64,000 bases of DNA from an uncultured Planctomycetia bacterium (GTDB lineage Bacteria > Omnitrophota > Gorgyraeia > 2-02-FULL-51-18): NCBI GenBank assembly GCA_964431835.1, contig CAYSKO010000001.1, positions 137,743 to 201,742 of the forward strand, read 5' to 3'. A program made the translations under genes and the position numbers. Below, one piece after another: positions 28,657 to 38,454 of this stretch (positions within the stretch are counted from its first letter, which is position 1; each line of letters begins with the position of its first letter). Below the pieces are notes generated by a model, which ran no database searches, was not told the DNA's origin, and worked only from the letters and a program-made list of their open reading frames with translations.

Positions 28657-29093
28657 AGCTCGTATTTCGACTCTCGTGGGCCGCGGCGGGGAAGAAACGC
28701 TTCAAATCTGAAGGCGCGCGCCTTCTCTTCGAGGATTACGCGGAGCGACTTGCCCGTTTCGCGCCGGTGTCGGCCGAAGGCGCGTTATCCGCGCCGCTCC
28801 CTTCCGGAAGCCGCCTTTGGTTGTGCGACTCCGCGCAAGGCAAGCCGCTCGCATCGGAGGCCGCGGCCGGGCTCCTTCGGAAGCTTGAAGTGCAGGGAAC
28901 AAAGGAACTTCATGTCGCGATCGGGCCGACAGACGGTTTCTCGGCGGCGGACCGCGTCCGTCTCAAACCCGATCTCGTTTGGAGTTTCGGACCCCTCACG
29001 CTGCCGCACGAACTCGCCGCGGCCGTCGCCGCCGAGCAGGTCTACCGCGCCTACACGATCGTGCGCGGCCTTCCTTACCACAGCGGCCATTAA
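28653..29093 (+). CDS. rlmH: 23S rRNA (pseudouridine1915-N3)-methyltransferase
   Basis: SPOUT C-terminus LTLPHELAAAVAAEQVYRAYTIVRGLPYH. Confidence 0.8.
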   Translation: MKLVFRLSWAAAGKKRFKSEGARLLFEDYAERLARFAPVSAEGALSAPLPSGSRLWLCDSAQGKPLASEAAAGLLRKLEVQGTKELHVAIGPTDGFSAADRVRLKPDLVWSFGPLTLPHELAAAVAAEQVYRAYTIVRGLPYHSGH

Positions 29094-29117
29094 TTTTTCC
29101 TAATCCGGATTTAAGGC
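29091..29117 (+). promoter_or_regulatory. Short AT-rich TAATCC module (copy G) between convergent rlmH and tex
   Basis: TAAtttttccTAATCCggaTTTAAGG. There is no downstream + gene. Confidence 0.3.
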
Positions 29118-29121
29118 GCTC

Positions 29122-31353
29122 CTAGCGCGCGTCGCGTTCCCGGTCGGCTTTCAGGCGGAACGTGAGCGCGATGCGGTTTCGGGGGCGGTCGATCTCGAGC
29201 ACCCGCACTTTCACGGTTTGACCAGTGCGGACGACCTCGTAGGGATCGCGCACGAAGCGCTCAGCGAGCTGAGACACATGCACGAGGCCGTCCTGGTGCA
29301 CCCCGATATCCACGAACGCGCCGAAAGCAGCTACGTTCGTCACTGTGCCCTCCAAAATCATCCCCGGCTTCAAGTCGCTGATCGTGTTCACGCCTTCCGC
29401 GAAGGCCGCCGTACGGAATTCCGGACGCGGATCACGGCCCGGTTTTTCGAGTTCGGCGAGGATATCCTCGACGGTCGGCACGCCGAACCGCTCGTCCACG
29501 TATTCCTCGGGCGAGAGCGCGCGCAGGAACTGCGAATTTCCGAGGATGTCCCCCAGAGCGCGACTGTTCTTCGAGAGCATACGTTCGACGACGGGATACG
29601 ATTCGGGATGCACAGCGGAAGCGTCGAGAGGATTCTCGCCGCCGCGGATGCGTAGGAACCCGGCCGCCTGCTCGAAAGTGCGTGGCCCGAAGTCCGGGAT
29701 ATCCTTCAATCGTTCGCGGCTTTTGAACGCGCCGTGCGCGTCGCGCCAGGCGACCAGGTTCTCCGCGGCGCGGCGCGTGAGCCCGGAAACGTATGAAAGT
29801 AGCGACGGGGAAGCAGTGTTCAAATCCACGCCGACCCCGTTCACGCAGTCCTCGACCACGCCTTGAAGCGATTTGGCGAGGCGCGTCGGGTTGAGATCGT
29901 GCTGATACTGCCCGACTCCGATGGATTTGGGGTCGATCTTCACGAGTTCGGCCAAGGGGTCCTGAAGACGCCGCGCGATGGACACCGCGCCGCGGATCGA
30001 GACGTCGAGCGTGGGGAGCTCTTTGGTCGCCAGCTCCGAGGCCGAATAGACGGAGGCCCCCGCCTCAGAAACGACCGCCTTCAGCGCGGGTTTCCCCGAA
30101 CGGCGGATCGCGTCTGCCGCGAGTTTCTCGGTTTCGCGGGACGCCGTGCCGTTCCCGATTGCGACGAGCTCGACTCCGTAGCGTTCGATCATGGTCGCGA
30201 GAACGGAGGTCGACCGGTCCCAGTCGTTTTCGGGCGGATGCGGAAAAACGGTCGCCGTCGCGACCACCTTGCCGGTTGCATCGACCACCGCGCATTTGAC
30301 GCCGGTCCGGAAGCCGGGGTCCAGGCCGAGCGTCGGTCGCGGCCCCGCGGGAGCGGCCAAGAGCAGGCTCCGCAGGTTCTCGGCGAACACGCGGATCGCT
30401 TCGTCCTCGGCGCCGCGCCGCAGGCGCGACATCGCGTCGAGCTCGAGGTGGAGGCGGATCTTGTAGCGCCACGCGTGGCGCGCCGTGTCGAAAAGGAAGG
30501 GATCGCCGGGCCGGCGCGTCGGTTTCCAACCGAGACGTTTCAGGACGGGTTCGAGGTAATCGCGGTCTGCCGCCGCGGGGTCTCCGTACGCCTGCGGCTC
30601 GAGCGACACGCGCAGGATCTCTTCCTGGCGGCCCCGCAGGATCGCCAGCGCCCGGTGCGAAGGAATCTTCCGGATCGGCTCGCGGAAATCGAAGTAGTCC
30701 GAAAATTTCGCCGCTTCCTCGCGCTTCGAAGGCGGCGCGGAAGGAGACAAAGAAGAGGCGACCCAGATCGAATTCCAGAAGGTCTCGCGGAGCGCGCCCA
30801 CCAGAGCGGCGTCCTCGGCGAGCCACTCGGCCAGGATTTCACGGGCTCCCGCTAGGGCCCCCGCCGCGTCCGCGATGCCCTTCACCGGATCCGCGTACGC
30901 GCGGGCTTCGGTTTCGGGGTCGAGCATCGGATCGGCAAAGAGCCTGTCGGCCAGGGGTTCCAGGCCCGCGTCGCGAGCGGCCTGCGCTTTCGTATGGCGC
31001 TTGGGCCGGAACGGCAGATAAAGGTCCTCGAGCGCGGATTTCGTGGCGGCCGCTTCGAGAGCTTCTTGAAGAGTCGGGTTCATGCGGCCTTGCGACAGGA
31101 TCGACGCGACGATCTCGCCCCGCCGGGTCTCGAGTTCGCGCACTTCCTCGACGCGCGCGGCCAAAAGCCGCAGGTGCACGTCGGTGAGGCCGCCGGTGGC
31201 CTCTTTACGGTAGCGCGCGATGAACGGCACGGTCGCCCCGGAATCGAGCAGGCGGATCGCCGCGCGGACCTGATGGGCTTTCACAGCGATCTCGCCGGCT
31301 AGGAGGGACTCGATCGTGACGGAGGCGGCGGTTTCTTTTTCCATGCGCGCCAT
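29122..31353 (-). CDS. tex: Transcription accessory protein Tex (YqgF/HhH/S1 domains)
   Basis: C-terminal S1 domain GMILEGTVTNVAAFGAFVDIG. Start taken at MARMEKE (31353); the long upstream ORF extension is judged spurious. Confidence 0.85.
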   Translation of the reverse strand: MARMEKETAASVTIESLLAGEIAVKAHQVRAAIRLLDSGATVPFIARYRKEATGGLTDVHLRLLAARVEEVRELETRRGEIVASILSQGRMNPTLQEALEAAATKSALEDLYLPFRPKRHTKAQAARDAGLEPLADRLFADPMLDPETEARAYADPVKGIADAAGALAGAREILAEWLAEDAALVGALRETFWNSIWVASSLSPSAPPSKREEAAKFSDYFDFREPIRKIPSHRALAILRGRQEEILRVSLEPQAYGDPAAADRDYLEPVLKRLGWKPTRRPGDPFLFDTARHAWRYKIRLHLELDAMSRLRRGAEDEAIRVFAENLRSLLLAAPAGPRPTLGLDPGFRTGVKCAVVDATGKVVATATVFPHPPENDWDRSTSVLATMIERYGVELVAIGNGTASRETEKLAADAIRRSGKPALKAVVSEAGASVYSASELATKELPTLDVSIRGAVSIARRLQDPLAELVKIDPKSIGVGQYQHDLNPTRLAKSLQGVVEDCVNGVGVDLNTASPSLLSYVSGLTRRAAENLVAWRDAHGAFKSRERLKDIPDFGPRTFEQAAGFLRIRGGENPLDASAVHPESYPVVERMLSKNSRALGDILGNSQFLRALSPEEYVDERFGVPTVEDILAELEKPGRDPRPEFRTAAFAEGVNTISDLKPGMILEGTVTNVAAFGAFVDIGVHQDGLVHVSQLAERFVRDPYEVVRTGQTVKVRVLEIDRPRNRIALTFRLKADRERDAR

Positions 31354-31387
31354 TGTAGCATAGACGAAACACACCCCGGAGGGACTC

Positions 31388-31948
31388 GTGAAAAAAAGGA
31401 AATCGCGCGGAGGCTGGACGACACTCGGGCGCCGCGTCGTGTACCGGAACCCCTGGTTCGTCGTTCGAAAGGACGTCGTGACGCGCCCTGACGGAAAGCC
31501 TGGGGCGTTCCACGTGATCGAAACTAAAGGCGCCGCGGTGTTCATTGTCGCTTTGAACGCGCGCAACGAAGTCCTCCTCGTGAAATTGTTCCGGTATCCC
31601 ACCGAGCGTTGGTCGGTCGAGGTTCCGGGCGGCAATTCCGAAGGGCAGCGCCCGCTCGCGGCCGCCAAGCGGGAACTCGAGGAGGAGACCGGCTGGCGCG
31701 CCCGCCGCTGGAAGAAGATCGGCTCGTTCCAGTCCGTGAACGGACTCTCGAGCGAGCTTTCGTACGTGTACCTCGCGACGTCGCTCGAGCGCACCGGCCG
31801 CGACCGGCAGGCGGAAGAAGGGATCGTCGGCGCGTTTTTCGTGCCGTTCGCGCGTGCGCTCCGCGACGTCGCCGAAGGCCGAATCACCGACGGGAAGACG
31901 GTCTGTGCGCTTGCGTACGCCGCGCTCGCGAAACGCGCCCTTCATTAA
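31388..31948 (+). CDS. NUDIX hydrolase
   Basis: Nudix box GGNSEGQRPLAAAKRELEEETGW. GTG start with SD GGAGGG. Confidence 0.75.
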   Translation: MKKRKSRGGWTTLGRRVVYRNPWFVVRKDVVTRPDGKPGAFHVIETKGAAVFIVALNARNEVLLVKLFRYPTERWSVEVPGGNSEGQRPLAAAKRELEEETGWRARRWKKIGSFQSVNGLSSELSYVYLATSLERTGRDRQAEEGIVGAFFVPFARALRDVAEGRITDGKTVCALAYAALAKRALH

Positions 31949-31998
31949 CGAAATCTAATCTTTTTTTAATGCCCCCCTAATCGCCCCGGCGCTAGACT
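31946..31998 (+). promoter_or_regulatory. AT-rich phased hexamer module (copy H) ending in TAGACT -10 box 6 nt before the ATG at 32005 (leaderless)
   Basis: TAAcgaaatcTAATCtttttTTAATGcccccCTAATCG...GCTAGACT. Confidence 0.45.
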
Positions 31999-32004
31999 GG
32001 GAAC

Positions 32005-32799
32005 ATGGAAAAAGACCGCCTCCGCATCGCCGCAGTGGGCGACCTCCATTGCCACAAGGACTCGCAAGGGGTCTTCCAGCCCTTTCTTGCGCGTGTGAAC
32101 GAGGTCGCCGATTGCCTTCTTCTCCTCGGCGATCTCACCGATTACGGGCATCCCGAAGAAGCGCACGTTCTCGCACGCGAGCTCACCGCTTCCGTGAAGG
32201 TCCCGATCCTCGCAGTTCTCGGAAACCACGATTACGAATCTGGGCACGAAGTCGAGGTGAAGCGCATCCTGACCGAGGCCGGCGTGAAGATTCTGGACGG
32301 AGACGTCTATGAGATCTGCGGCGTCGGATTCGCGGGGGTGAAAGGATTCTGCGGCGGTTTCGACCGCGCCTCGCTCCAGCCGTGGGGCGAAGCGACGATC
32401 AAACGCTTCGTGCACGAAGCAGTCGAAGAAGCGCTCAAGCTCGAATCCGCACTCGCCAAGCTCCGCACGGAAAAGCGCATCGTTCTCCTTCATTATTCGC
32501 CGATTCGGCAGACCGTCGAAGGGGAGCCTCTCGACATCTACACATTCCTGGGTTCCAGCCGTCTCGAGGATCCATTGAACCGTTATCCGGTCGACGCGGT
32601 CTTTCACGGGCACGCGCATCACGGCGCCCCCCAAGGTTTCACGAAGACCGGTACGCCCGTCTACAACGTCGCTTTGCCGCTTATGAGGAAGTTGTTTCCC
32701 GAACGGCCGTTCCGCGTTTACGAGATCCTAAAGGAGGCCCCATGCCCTTCACCGACGATCCCGAGCACCGCTTTTATCACGACGTCCTCGTCCTCCTGA
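32005..32799 (+). CDS. Calcineurin-like metallophosphoesterase
   Basis: GDLHC...LLGDLTDYG...GNHDYE. Confidence 0.7.
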   Translation: MEKDRLRIAAVGDLHCHKDSQGVFQPFLARVNEVADCLLLLGDLTDYGHPEEAHVLARELTASVKVPILAVLGNHDYESGHEVEVKRILTEAGVKILDGDVYEICGVGFAGVKGFCGGFDRASLQPWGEATIKRFVHEAVEEALKLESALAKLRTEKRIVLLHYSPIRQTVEGEPLDIYTFLGSSRLEDPLNRYPVDAVFHGHAHHGAPQGFTKTGTPVYNVALPLMRKLFPERPFRVYEILKEAPCPSPTIPSTAFITTSSSS

Positions 32800-33566
32800 G
32801 CGAAAAGAAGGCTTCCTTTCTCGTCGGGGGGGCTTTCGCGTTCCTTCCTTACACCGGCATATCCCGCGACACCAAAGACCTCGATCTTTTCTGCCGCCCG
32901 GAAGACGTGGACGGCATCATGGAAATTTTAAGTGATGCCGGCTACCGGACGGAGATCACCTTCAAGCACTGGCTCGGAAAAGCCCATGGCGAAGGGGACC
33001 GGTTCGTCGATTTGATCTACTGCTCGGGGAACGGACTTTGTCCCGTGGACGACTCCTGGTTCACGCACGCGCCGCAGGGCGAGGTGTTCGGCGTGCCGGT
33101 GCGTCTCATGCCGCCCGAGGAAATGATCTGGCAAAAGGCGTTCATCATGGAACGCGAGCGCTTCGACGGCGCCGACGTGGCGCATCTGTTGCGTGCCTGC
33201 GGCCCGCGGCTAGACTGGAAGCGTCTTTTGACCCGTTTTGGCGACGAACACTGGCGGGTACTTTTGACCCACCTCGTTCTTTTCGGATTCACGTATCCCT
33301 CCGAGCGCGCGGCGATTCCGGAAGACGTCCTTTTTGGCCTAGTGATGCGCCTCTGCGAGGAGCACGGTCCCGGGGAAGCGGCGAAAATCTGCCGTGGCAC
33401 GTTCCTTTCACGCGCGCAGTATCTGCCGGACATCGAGTCGTGGGGCTACGCGGACCCGCGTCTCAAGCCCGGCGGCAACATGAGCGAAAGCGACGTGCGC
33501 CGGTGGACGGATCCCGTCGACGAGACGAACAGCCACCCACACATCGCGCCCGTCCGGAACGGTTAA
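32742..33566 (+). CDS. Hypothetical protein (nucleotidyltransferase-like?)
   Basis: Internal ATG in a longer ORF. The first 120 codons of the track ORF are Arg/Ser-rich junk. Confidence 0.45.
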   Translation: MPFTDDPEHRFYHDVLVLLSEKKASFLVGGAFAFLPYTGISRDTKDLDLFCRPEDVDGIMEILSDAGYRTEITFKHWLGKAHGEGDRFVDLIYCSGNGLCPVDDSWFTHAPQGEVFGVPVRLMPPEEMIWQKAFIMERERFDGADVAHLLRACGPRLDWKRLLTRFGDEHWRVLLTHLVLFGFTYPSERAAIPEDVLFGLVMRLCEEHGPGEAAKICRGTFLSRAQYLPDIESWGYADPRLKPGGNMSESDVRRWTDPVDETNSHPHIAPVRNG

Positions 33567-33658
33567 GTTCTTCCTCAAGAGAGACCGCTCCGTGCGCGAA
33601 TGGCTTCAGGCACTGATGCTGGAGCTAGAGAAACCGAAGTTGAAGGAGAAGGAACCCG

Positions 33659-34753
33659 ATGAAATTGCCCACGCGTTACGCGCAAGCCGAATACGAATTG
33701 ACCGACCTTCTCGGGCAACCCGATTTGGACGGCACGCTTCGTGACCGCCCGTCGCTGGTTTTTTCCATCGAGAAGGCGCTCTCTTCGGCCGTGGGGCAAG
33801 CGTACGGTCTGGGTGAGGGGATCGGCGTCGACGACGCGCGCCTTTTTCTCCAGCGCGTCCTCTTTCACTGCAACCGCCTGGGATTTTTTCGCTTCGACGA
33901 CCCCGCGCGTTATTTGAACGAGAATTCGGAGTACGTCTTCCGCTTGCGTCGCCGGATCGAGGAAGCGTGGCAGGCACGCGAGCTCTCCCGCATCGACGTG
34001 CCCGCGCTCAAGCGTCTCGACACCCGCCGCGCGCTCGTGGATCGCGTGGCCGCGGATTCGGATCTCGAACCCTCCCCAACGTCCCTGTTCTTCCGCAAGG
34101 ACGCGTCCCCCCGGGGTTGGCACCGGGCGGCGGGAGTCACCGCGCTACGCTCGTTCTATACGTTGGGCTGCGCTTGGAAGGCGCTCGGCGGTCCCGAGCA
34201 CCGCGTGCGCGCGTCCCTAGCGCGTCTCCTGGCCGAAACGGGCGAGGCGAGCTCGCCCCAGAGGAAACTCTCCGAAGGGCTTCTTTCCACGCTCCAATGC
34301 GCGGGTCTGAAACCCGATCCCGAAGCGTACGTCAGTTTCGCTCCGTGGGAGTCGCTTTCCGAGATCAACGAGGCTTTCCATCTTTCGTCTCTGAGCCGTC
34401 AATTCCTGAAAATGGCCGGAGCACTCCTTTTTTGGGAGGCGTCCGGGCCCGCGGAGTTGGCGGACCACGACGCGGCCGCGCGGCGGCTGGGCCTGGGCGG
34501 CCGCCCGCAGGGAAATCCTTTTTACGAGGAACGGCGCTGCAGGCTTCTTCTTAACGAGATCGCGCTGCCGCTCGTCGACGCCTACCCGGACGAGTCGTGG
34601 CAGGTACTCGCGGGCTACGACATCGCGCGTCTCATGCGCCGGAGGTCGTCCGAGGCGTTGGCTCGCGCCGCGCGCGAAGCCGACGCCCTTTCCGGCGACG
34701 ACCGCGAGTTGCCGCGGATGGTCCCGAAGGCGTCGCTTTCGCCGCGCCCTTGA
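33659..34753 (+). CDS. Hypothetical protein (364 aa, helical)
   Basis: Long ORF. The antisense ORFs over it are rejected. Confidence 0.45.
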   Translation: MKLPTRYAQAEYELTDLLGQPDLDGTLRDRPSLVFSIEKALSSAVGQAYGLGEGIGVDDARLFLQRVLFHCNRLGFFRFDDPARYLNENSEYVFRLRRRIEEAWQARELSRIDVPALKRLDTRRALVDRVAADSDLEPSPTSLFFRKDASPRGWHRAAGVTALRSFYTLGCAWKALGGPEHRVRASLARLLAETGEASSPQRKLSEGLLSTLQCAGLKPDPEAYVSFAPWESLSEINEAFHLSSLSRQFLKMAGALLFWEASGPAELADHDAAARRLGLGGRPQGNPFYEERRCRLLLNEIALPLVDAYPDESWQVLAGYDIARLMRRRSSEALARAAREADALSGDDRELPRMVPKASLSPRP

Positions 34754-34806
34754 ATGCGCGTCCGTGAAATGGTAGATTTCAAGAGAACCCATCCTACGGA
34801 GGCACG

Positions 34807-35037
34807 ATGAGAACTTGTACCGCTTGCCGGGCGAAAGTCGAAGAGGAAGAGGGCACGATGAACGCGGCCGCCCGTTTCGTGTGCGCCGAATGCGCCGAAG
34901 ATGAACGCGCGGGAGCCGGAGAAGCGGCGGAATGCCCCGAATGCGGAGATCCCATCGAGGACAAGAAGGCCGAATCTTGCGTTTCCTGCGGCGCCGAGCT
35001 CAAACCCGGCGACGACGAGGAAGAAGAGGAAGTCTGA
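34807..35037 (+). CDS. Small acidic zinc-ribbon protein with four CxxC pairs
   Basis: CTAC...CAEC...CPEC...CVSC with a poly-Glu tail. SD ACGGAGG. Confidence 0.45.
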   Translation: MRTCTACRAKVEEEEGTMNAAARFVCAECAEDERAGAGEAAECPECGDPIEDKKAESCVSCGAELKPGDDEEEEEV

Positions 35038-35042
35038 CCGCC

Positions 35043-35408
35043 GTGAATCCACGAACCCGTCTCATCCCTCTCGCCGTCGCCGGCCTGATTCTCGCCGCCG
35101 GTCTGGGCTTGAGCCTCGGACAAAATGCCGAGCTCCGGAGGCGGCTCGATTCGTACGAGGCGACCACTGATGCGCGCCGCATCGCCAAGCGGAACCAGGA
35201 TAATTTACGCCGGACGCTTCTAGGGAATCTCGGAGAACTGCACCGCCTCCGCGTCGAAAACCGGGAGATGACGCTCGAGAATGGGATGCGCGCACAAGCC
35301 GAAAAAAACTCCGAACGGGAGTGGCGGGCGCGCGAGCAGGCGGAAGGCGGCCGCATCGAAAAGCTGGAGGCTGAACTTTTGGCCGCCCGCGCGGTGAATC
35401 CTCGGTGA
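35043..35408 (+). CDS. Membrane-anchored coiled-coil protein
   Basis: GTG start 5 nt after the upstream stop. TM helix then coiled coil. Confidence 0.4.
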   Translation: MNPRTRLIPLAVAGLILAAGLGLSLGQNAELRRRLDSYEATTDARRIAKRNQDNLRRTLLGNLGELHRLRVENREMTLENGMRAQAEKNSEREWRAREQAEGGRIEKLEAELLAARAVNPR

Positions 35409-35410
35409 CT

Positions 35411-36052
35411 TTAGCCGAGCTGGGTGTCGTGGGTTTTCTCGAACGCGGCGATCGCGGCTTCCTCGCGTAACGTGCGGCCGATGTCGTCGAGGCCGTGGAG
35501 GAAACGTTCTTTGACCGCGGGGTCCATCTCGAATCGATAGATGGTCTCGGAGCCGGGTGCGTGGATTTTCAGCGTCTCGGTCTCGACGTCCGCGGTCGCT
35601 TCGAGACCCGGATGCTCCACGACGAGCTCATGGATCTGCCCGACCTCGACGTCCGAAAGCTCGATCGTCAGAAGCCCGTTCTTCGAGGAATTGTTGCGGA
35701 AGATGTCCGCGAACGCCGGGATGAACGAGCCGTCCTTTTGTTTGTTCTTCGGAGCGACGACCACTTCGAACCCGAATTCCTTCACCGCCCACACCGCGTG
35801 CTCGCGGCTCGAGCCGCAGCCGAAGTTGTTTCCCGCCACGAGGATCGAAGCCCCCTGAAAGCGCGACTGGTTGAGAGGGAAGTCCGCGACCGGCTTCTCG
35901 TTCGCATCGAAGCGCCAATCGTGGAAAAGGTGCGGGCCGAATCCGGTGCGCGAAATCGATTTTAAAAACTGTTTCGCGATGATTTGGTCGGTGTCGATGT
36001 TCGAGCGGTCGAGCGACACGAGCTTGCCGCGGTGCTGGCGGAGAGCCTTCAT
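35411..36052 (-). CDS. leuD: 3-isopropylmalate dehydratase small subunit
   Basis: Overlaps the leuC stop by 4 nt. Conserved LeuD core. Confidence 0.9.
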   Translation of the reverse strand: MKALRQHRGKLVSLDRSNIDTDQIIAKQFLKSISRTGFGPHLFHDWRFDANEKPVADFPLNQSRFQGASILVAGNNFGCGSSREHAVWAVKEFGFEVVVAPKNKQKDGSFIPAFADIFRNNSSKNGLLTIELSDVEVGQIHELVVEHPGLEATADVETETLKIHAPGSETIYRFEMDPAVKERFLHGLDDIGRTLREEAAIAAFEKTHDTQLG

Positions 36053-37458
36053 TTTTCATTCCCCCACGAGCGCAAATCCACGAACTTGCCGGTGACCGCG
36101 GCGGCCGCGGCCATGCCGGGGCTGACGAGATGCGTGCGGCCGCCCTTGCCTTGACGCCCTTCGAAATTGCGGTTCGAGGTCGACGCGCAGCGCTCGCCCG
36201 GCTGGAGGAAATCCGGATTCATCGCCAGGCACATGCTGCAGCCTGACTGGCGCCAGTCCGCGCCGGCTTCCCTGAACACGCGGTCGAGCCCTTCGGACTC
36301 CGCCTGCTTCAAAACCTGCTGGGAACCGGGAACGACGAGGACGCGCATCCCCGACGACACTTTCCGCCCCCTCATCACGGCCGCCGCCTCACGAAGGTCT
36401 TCGATGCGCGCGTTTGTGCAGCTTCCAATGAAAACCGTGTCCACCTTCACGTCCGTAATCGGGGTGCCGGGAGTCAATCCCATGTACGCGAGCGCCTGCT
36501 CGACGTCCGTGCGGCTGTAGCCGGGAACGGAACCGGGCTCGGGGATGCGGCCCGTGACGTCCATCACCATGCCGGGGCTCGTCCCCCACGTGATCTGCGG
36601 CGCGATCTTGTCAGCTTCGATCGTGAGGCAGCGGTCGAACACCGCGTCCGGATCGGAGGGGAGCGTCTTCCAAAACCGCATCGCCCGCTCGAGCGCTTCG
36701 CCTTTGGGCGCGAAGTGCCGGCCGGGTTTCGAGACGTACTGGAAAGTGGTTTCGTCGGGAGCGACGAGGCCCGCGCGCGCGCCGGCCTCGATAGACATGT
36801 TGCACACGGTCATGCGCGCCTCCATGGAAAGCGCGCGGATCGCCTCGCCCGCGTATTCGAGAACGTAACCGGTCCCGCCGGCGGTGCCTATCTCGCCGAT
36901 GAGCTTAAGAATCAGATCCTTCGCGCCGACGGGAGACTTCGGGCGTCCGGTGAATTCCACGCGGAAGGTCTTCGGTTTCGTCTGGGCGAGGGTCTGCGTC
37001 GCGAGGACGTGCTCCACTTCCGAAGTCCCGATACCGAGCGCGAACGTGCCGAACGCGCCGTGCGTGGACGTGTGCGAGTCGCCACAGACGATGGTCATTC
37101 CGGGGAGCGTGATTCCCATCTCGGGACCGATGATGTGGACGATGCCCTGGCGGTCGTCGTTCAAGTCGAAAAGGCGGACGCCGAATTCGGCGCAGTTATG
37201 GCGGAGCGCTTCCACCTGCGCGCGCGAGATCGGATCCTTGATGACCGTACGGTCGTCCGTGGGCACGTTGTGGTCCATCGTCGCGAACGTGAGCTCGGGC
37301 CGGCGCGTCTTGCGGCCGGAAAGGCGGAGGCCCTCGAACGCCTGCGGGCTCGTGACTTCGTGCACGAGATGCCGGTCGATATAAAGGAGGGCGGTCCCGT
37401 CCTTGAGCGTCGCGACGAGATGCCGGTCCCAGATTTTCTCGAAAAGAGTTTTAGCCAT
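36049..37458 (-). CDS. leuC: 3-isopropylmalate dehydratase large subunit
   Basis: Aconitase-family motifs including the CMAMNPDF Fe-S cysteines. Confidence 0.9.
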   Translation of the reverse strand: MAKTLFEKIWDRHLVATLKDGTALLYIDRHLVHEVTSPQAFEGLRLSGRKTRRPELTFATMDHNVPTDDRTVIKDPISRAQVEALRHNCAEFGVRLFDLNDDRQGIVHIIGPEMGITLPGMTIVCGDSHTSTHGAFGTFALGIGTSEVEHVLATQTLAQTKPKTFRVEFTGRPKSPVGAKDLILKLIGEIGTAGGTGYVLEYAGEAIRALSMEARMTVCNMSIEAGARAGLVAPDETTFQYVSKPGRHFAPKGEALERAMRFWKTLPSDPDAVFDRCLTIEADKIAPQITWGTSPGMVMDVTGRIPEPGSVPGYSRTDVEQALAYMGLTPGTPITDVKVDTVFIGSCTNARIEDLREAAAVMRGRKVSSGMRVLVVPGSQQVLKQAESEGLDRVFREAGADWRQSGCSMCLAMNPDFLQPGERCASTSNRNFEGRQGKGGRTHLVSPGMAAAAAVTGKFVDLRSWGNEK

Positions 37459-37468
37459 AAGGCTTTAC

Positions 37469-37497
37469 AGTATAGCCACGCGGGCGACGGTCCTCAA
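37469..37497 (-). promoter_or_regulatory. Predicted leuCD promoter TTGAGG-17-TATACT, 10 nt upstream of the leuC ATG
   Basis: Read on the minus strand. Confidence 0.4.
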
Positions 37498-37540
37498 GTG
37501 TAATTATGGAAGGACGGGCGGGTTTCGGCTATAATGAGCC

Positions 37541-37750
37541 ATGATTCTTTCAGAAGCCACGATGACGTGCCCTGCCTGCGGGGCAGTGAAACTCGAAACG
37601 ATGCCGGCCTGCGGACTCCAGATGGAGTACGACTGCGCCGCCTGTGGCGTCCGGTCGGTGCCCCGTACCGGGGATTGCTGCGTGTACTGCTCGTATTCGG
37701 ACATCATCTGCCCGACCCAACAGGGCAAGCGCGATTGCTGCCACGAATGA
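37541..37750 (+). CDS. GDCC-motif cysteine-rich small protein
   Basis: CPACG...CAACG...GDCCVYC...CPTQ. TATAAT at 37530-37535 lies 5 nt before the ATG. Confidence 0.5.
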   Translation: MILSEATMTCPACGAVKLETMPACGLQMEYDCAACGVRSVPRTGDCCVYCSYSDIICPTQQGKRDCCHE

Positions 37751-38160
37751 AAATAGCGGTCCTCTTCCTCGCTTTCTCTTTTCTTTCTTCTGCGGCCTGG
37801 GCGGTCGAAGCGCCCATAGGCTACGACTCGGAAGCCGGCGCGCTCCCGGCGCCCGAACCCCGTCCGGCGGTCGTCGAAGCGGCGAGCCCGCCCGTTTTCG
37901 CGGATTCGGCGGGTCCGGTCGAGGTTTCTCCGGCCCGTTCGGCGCGCCCGGCGGCAGCGCCCGCCCAAGCCTCCGCACCGACGCTCGGCACCGCGCTCAT
38001 GTCGTTCGAGTCCGACCGCCCGCAGGATCGAAAGTTTCCGGCCGGAGTTTTCGTTTCGATGGAACGCGTCGTGACACCTCCGCCCGTTTCGTTTCCGCTC
38101 GGTCAGTACGACGTCGAAGAAGAGCCGCTTCCGGCCCGCCGCGTACCGCCCACAGATTAA
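37747..38160 (+). CDS. Secreted Pro/Ala-rich protein
   Basis: Signal peptide MKIAVLFLAFSFLSSAAWA. ATGA overlap with the upstream stop. Confidence 0.45.
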   Translation: MKIAVLFLAFSFLSSAAWAVEAPIGYDSEAGALPAPEPRPAVVEAASPPVFADSAGPVEVSPARSARPAAAPAQASAPTLGTALMSFESDRPQDRKFPAGVFVSMERVVTPPPVSFPLGQYDVEEEPLPARRVPPTD

Positions 38161-38215
38161 AAAGTCCTAATCCCTTTCTAACCTCTCGTTAATGCCCGCT
38201 TTGCTACCATATCCT
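38158..38215 (+). promoter_or_regulatory. AT-rich phased hexamer module (copy I)
   Basis: TAAaaagtccTAATCCctttcTAACCTctcgtTAATGC. Confidence 0.4.
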
Positions 38216-38252
38216 CGGATGGTAAATAAACCATTCAAAAGGAGGAAATCCG

Positions 38253-38405
38253 ATGAGCACTCTACTTCTGGTTCTTCTCGTGCTTCTTCTGATCGGCGCG
38301 CTTCCGACGTGGGGATACAGCAACGGTTGGGGATACTTCCCGAGCGGCTTTTTCGGGGTTATCCTCATCGTCCTGGTCGTCCTCGCGGCTACCGGGCGCA
38401 TCTGA
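38253..38405 (+). CDS. DUF3309-family small membrane protein (50 aa)
   Basis: Not in the ORF track. SD AAGGAGG. LLLIGALPTWGYSNGWGYFPSG then a C-terminal TM segment. Confidence 0.55.
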   Translation: MSTLLLVLLVLLLIGALPTWGYSNGWGYFPSGFFGVILIVLVVLAATGRI

Positions 38406-38454
38406 TCGAAGGAAATACGTCCGCCGGGGCCGAACGCTCCGGCGGACGAGTTTC

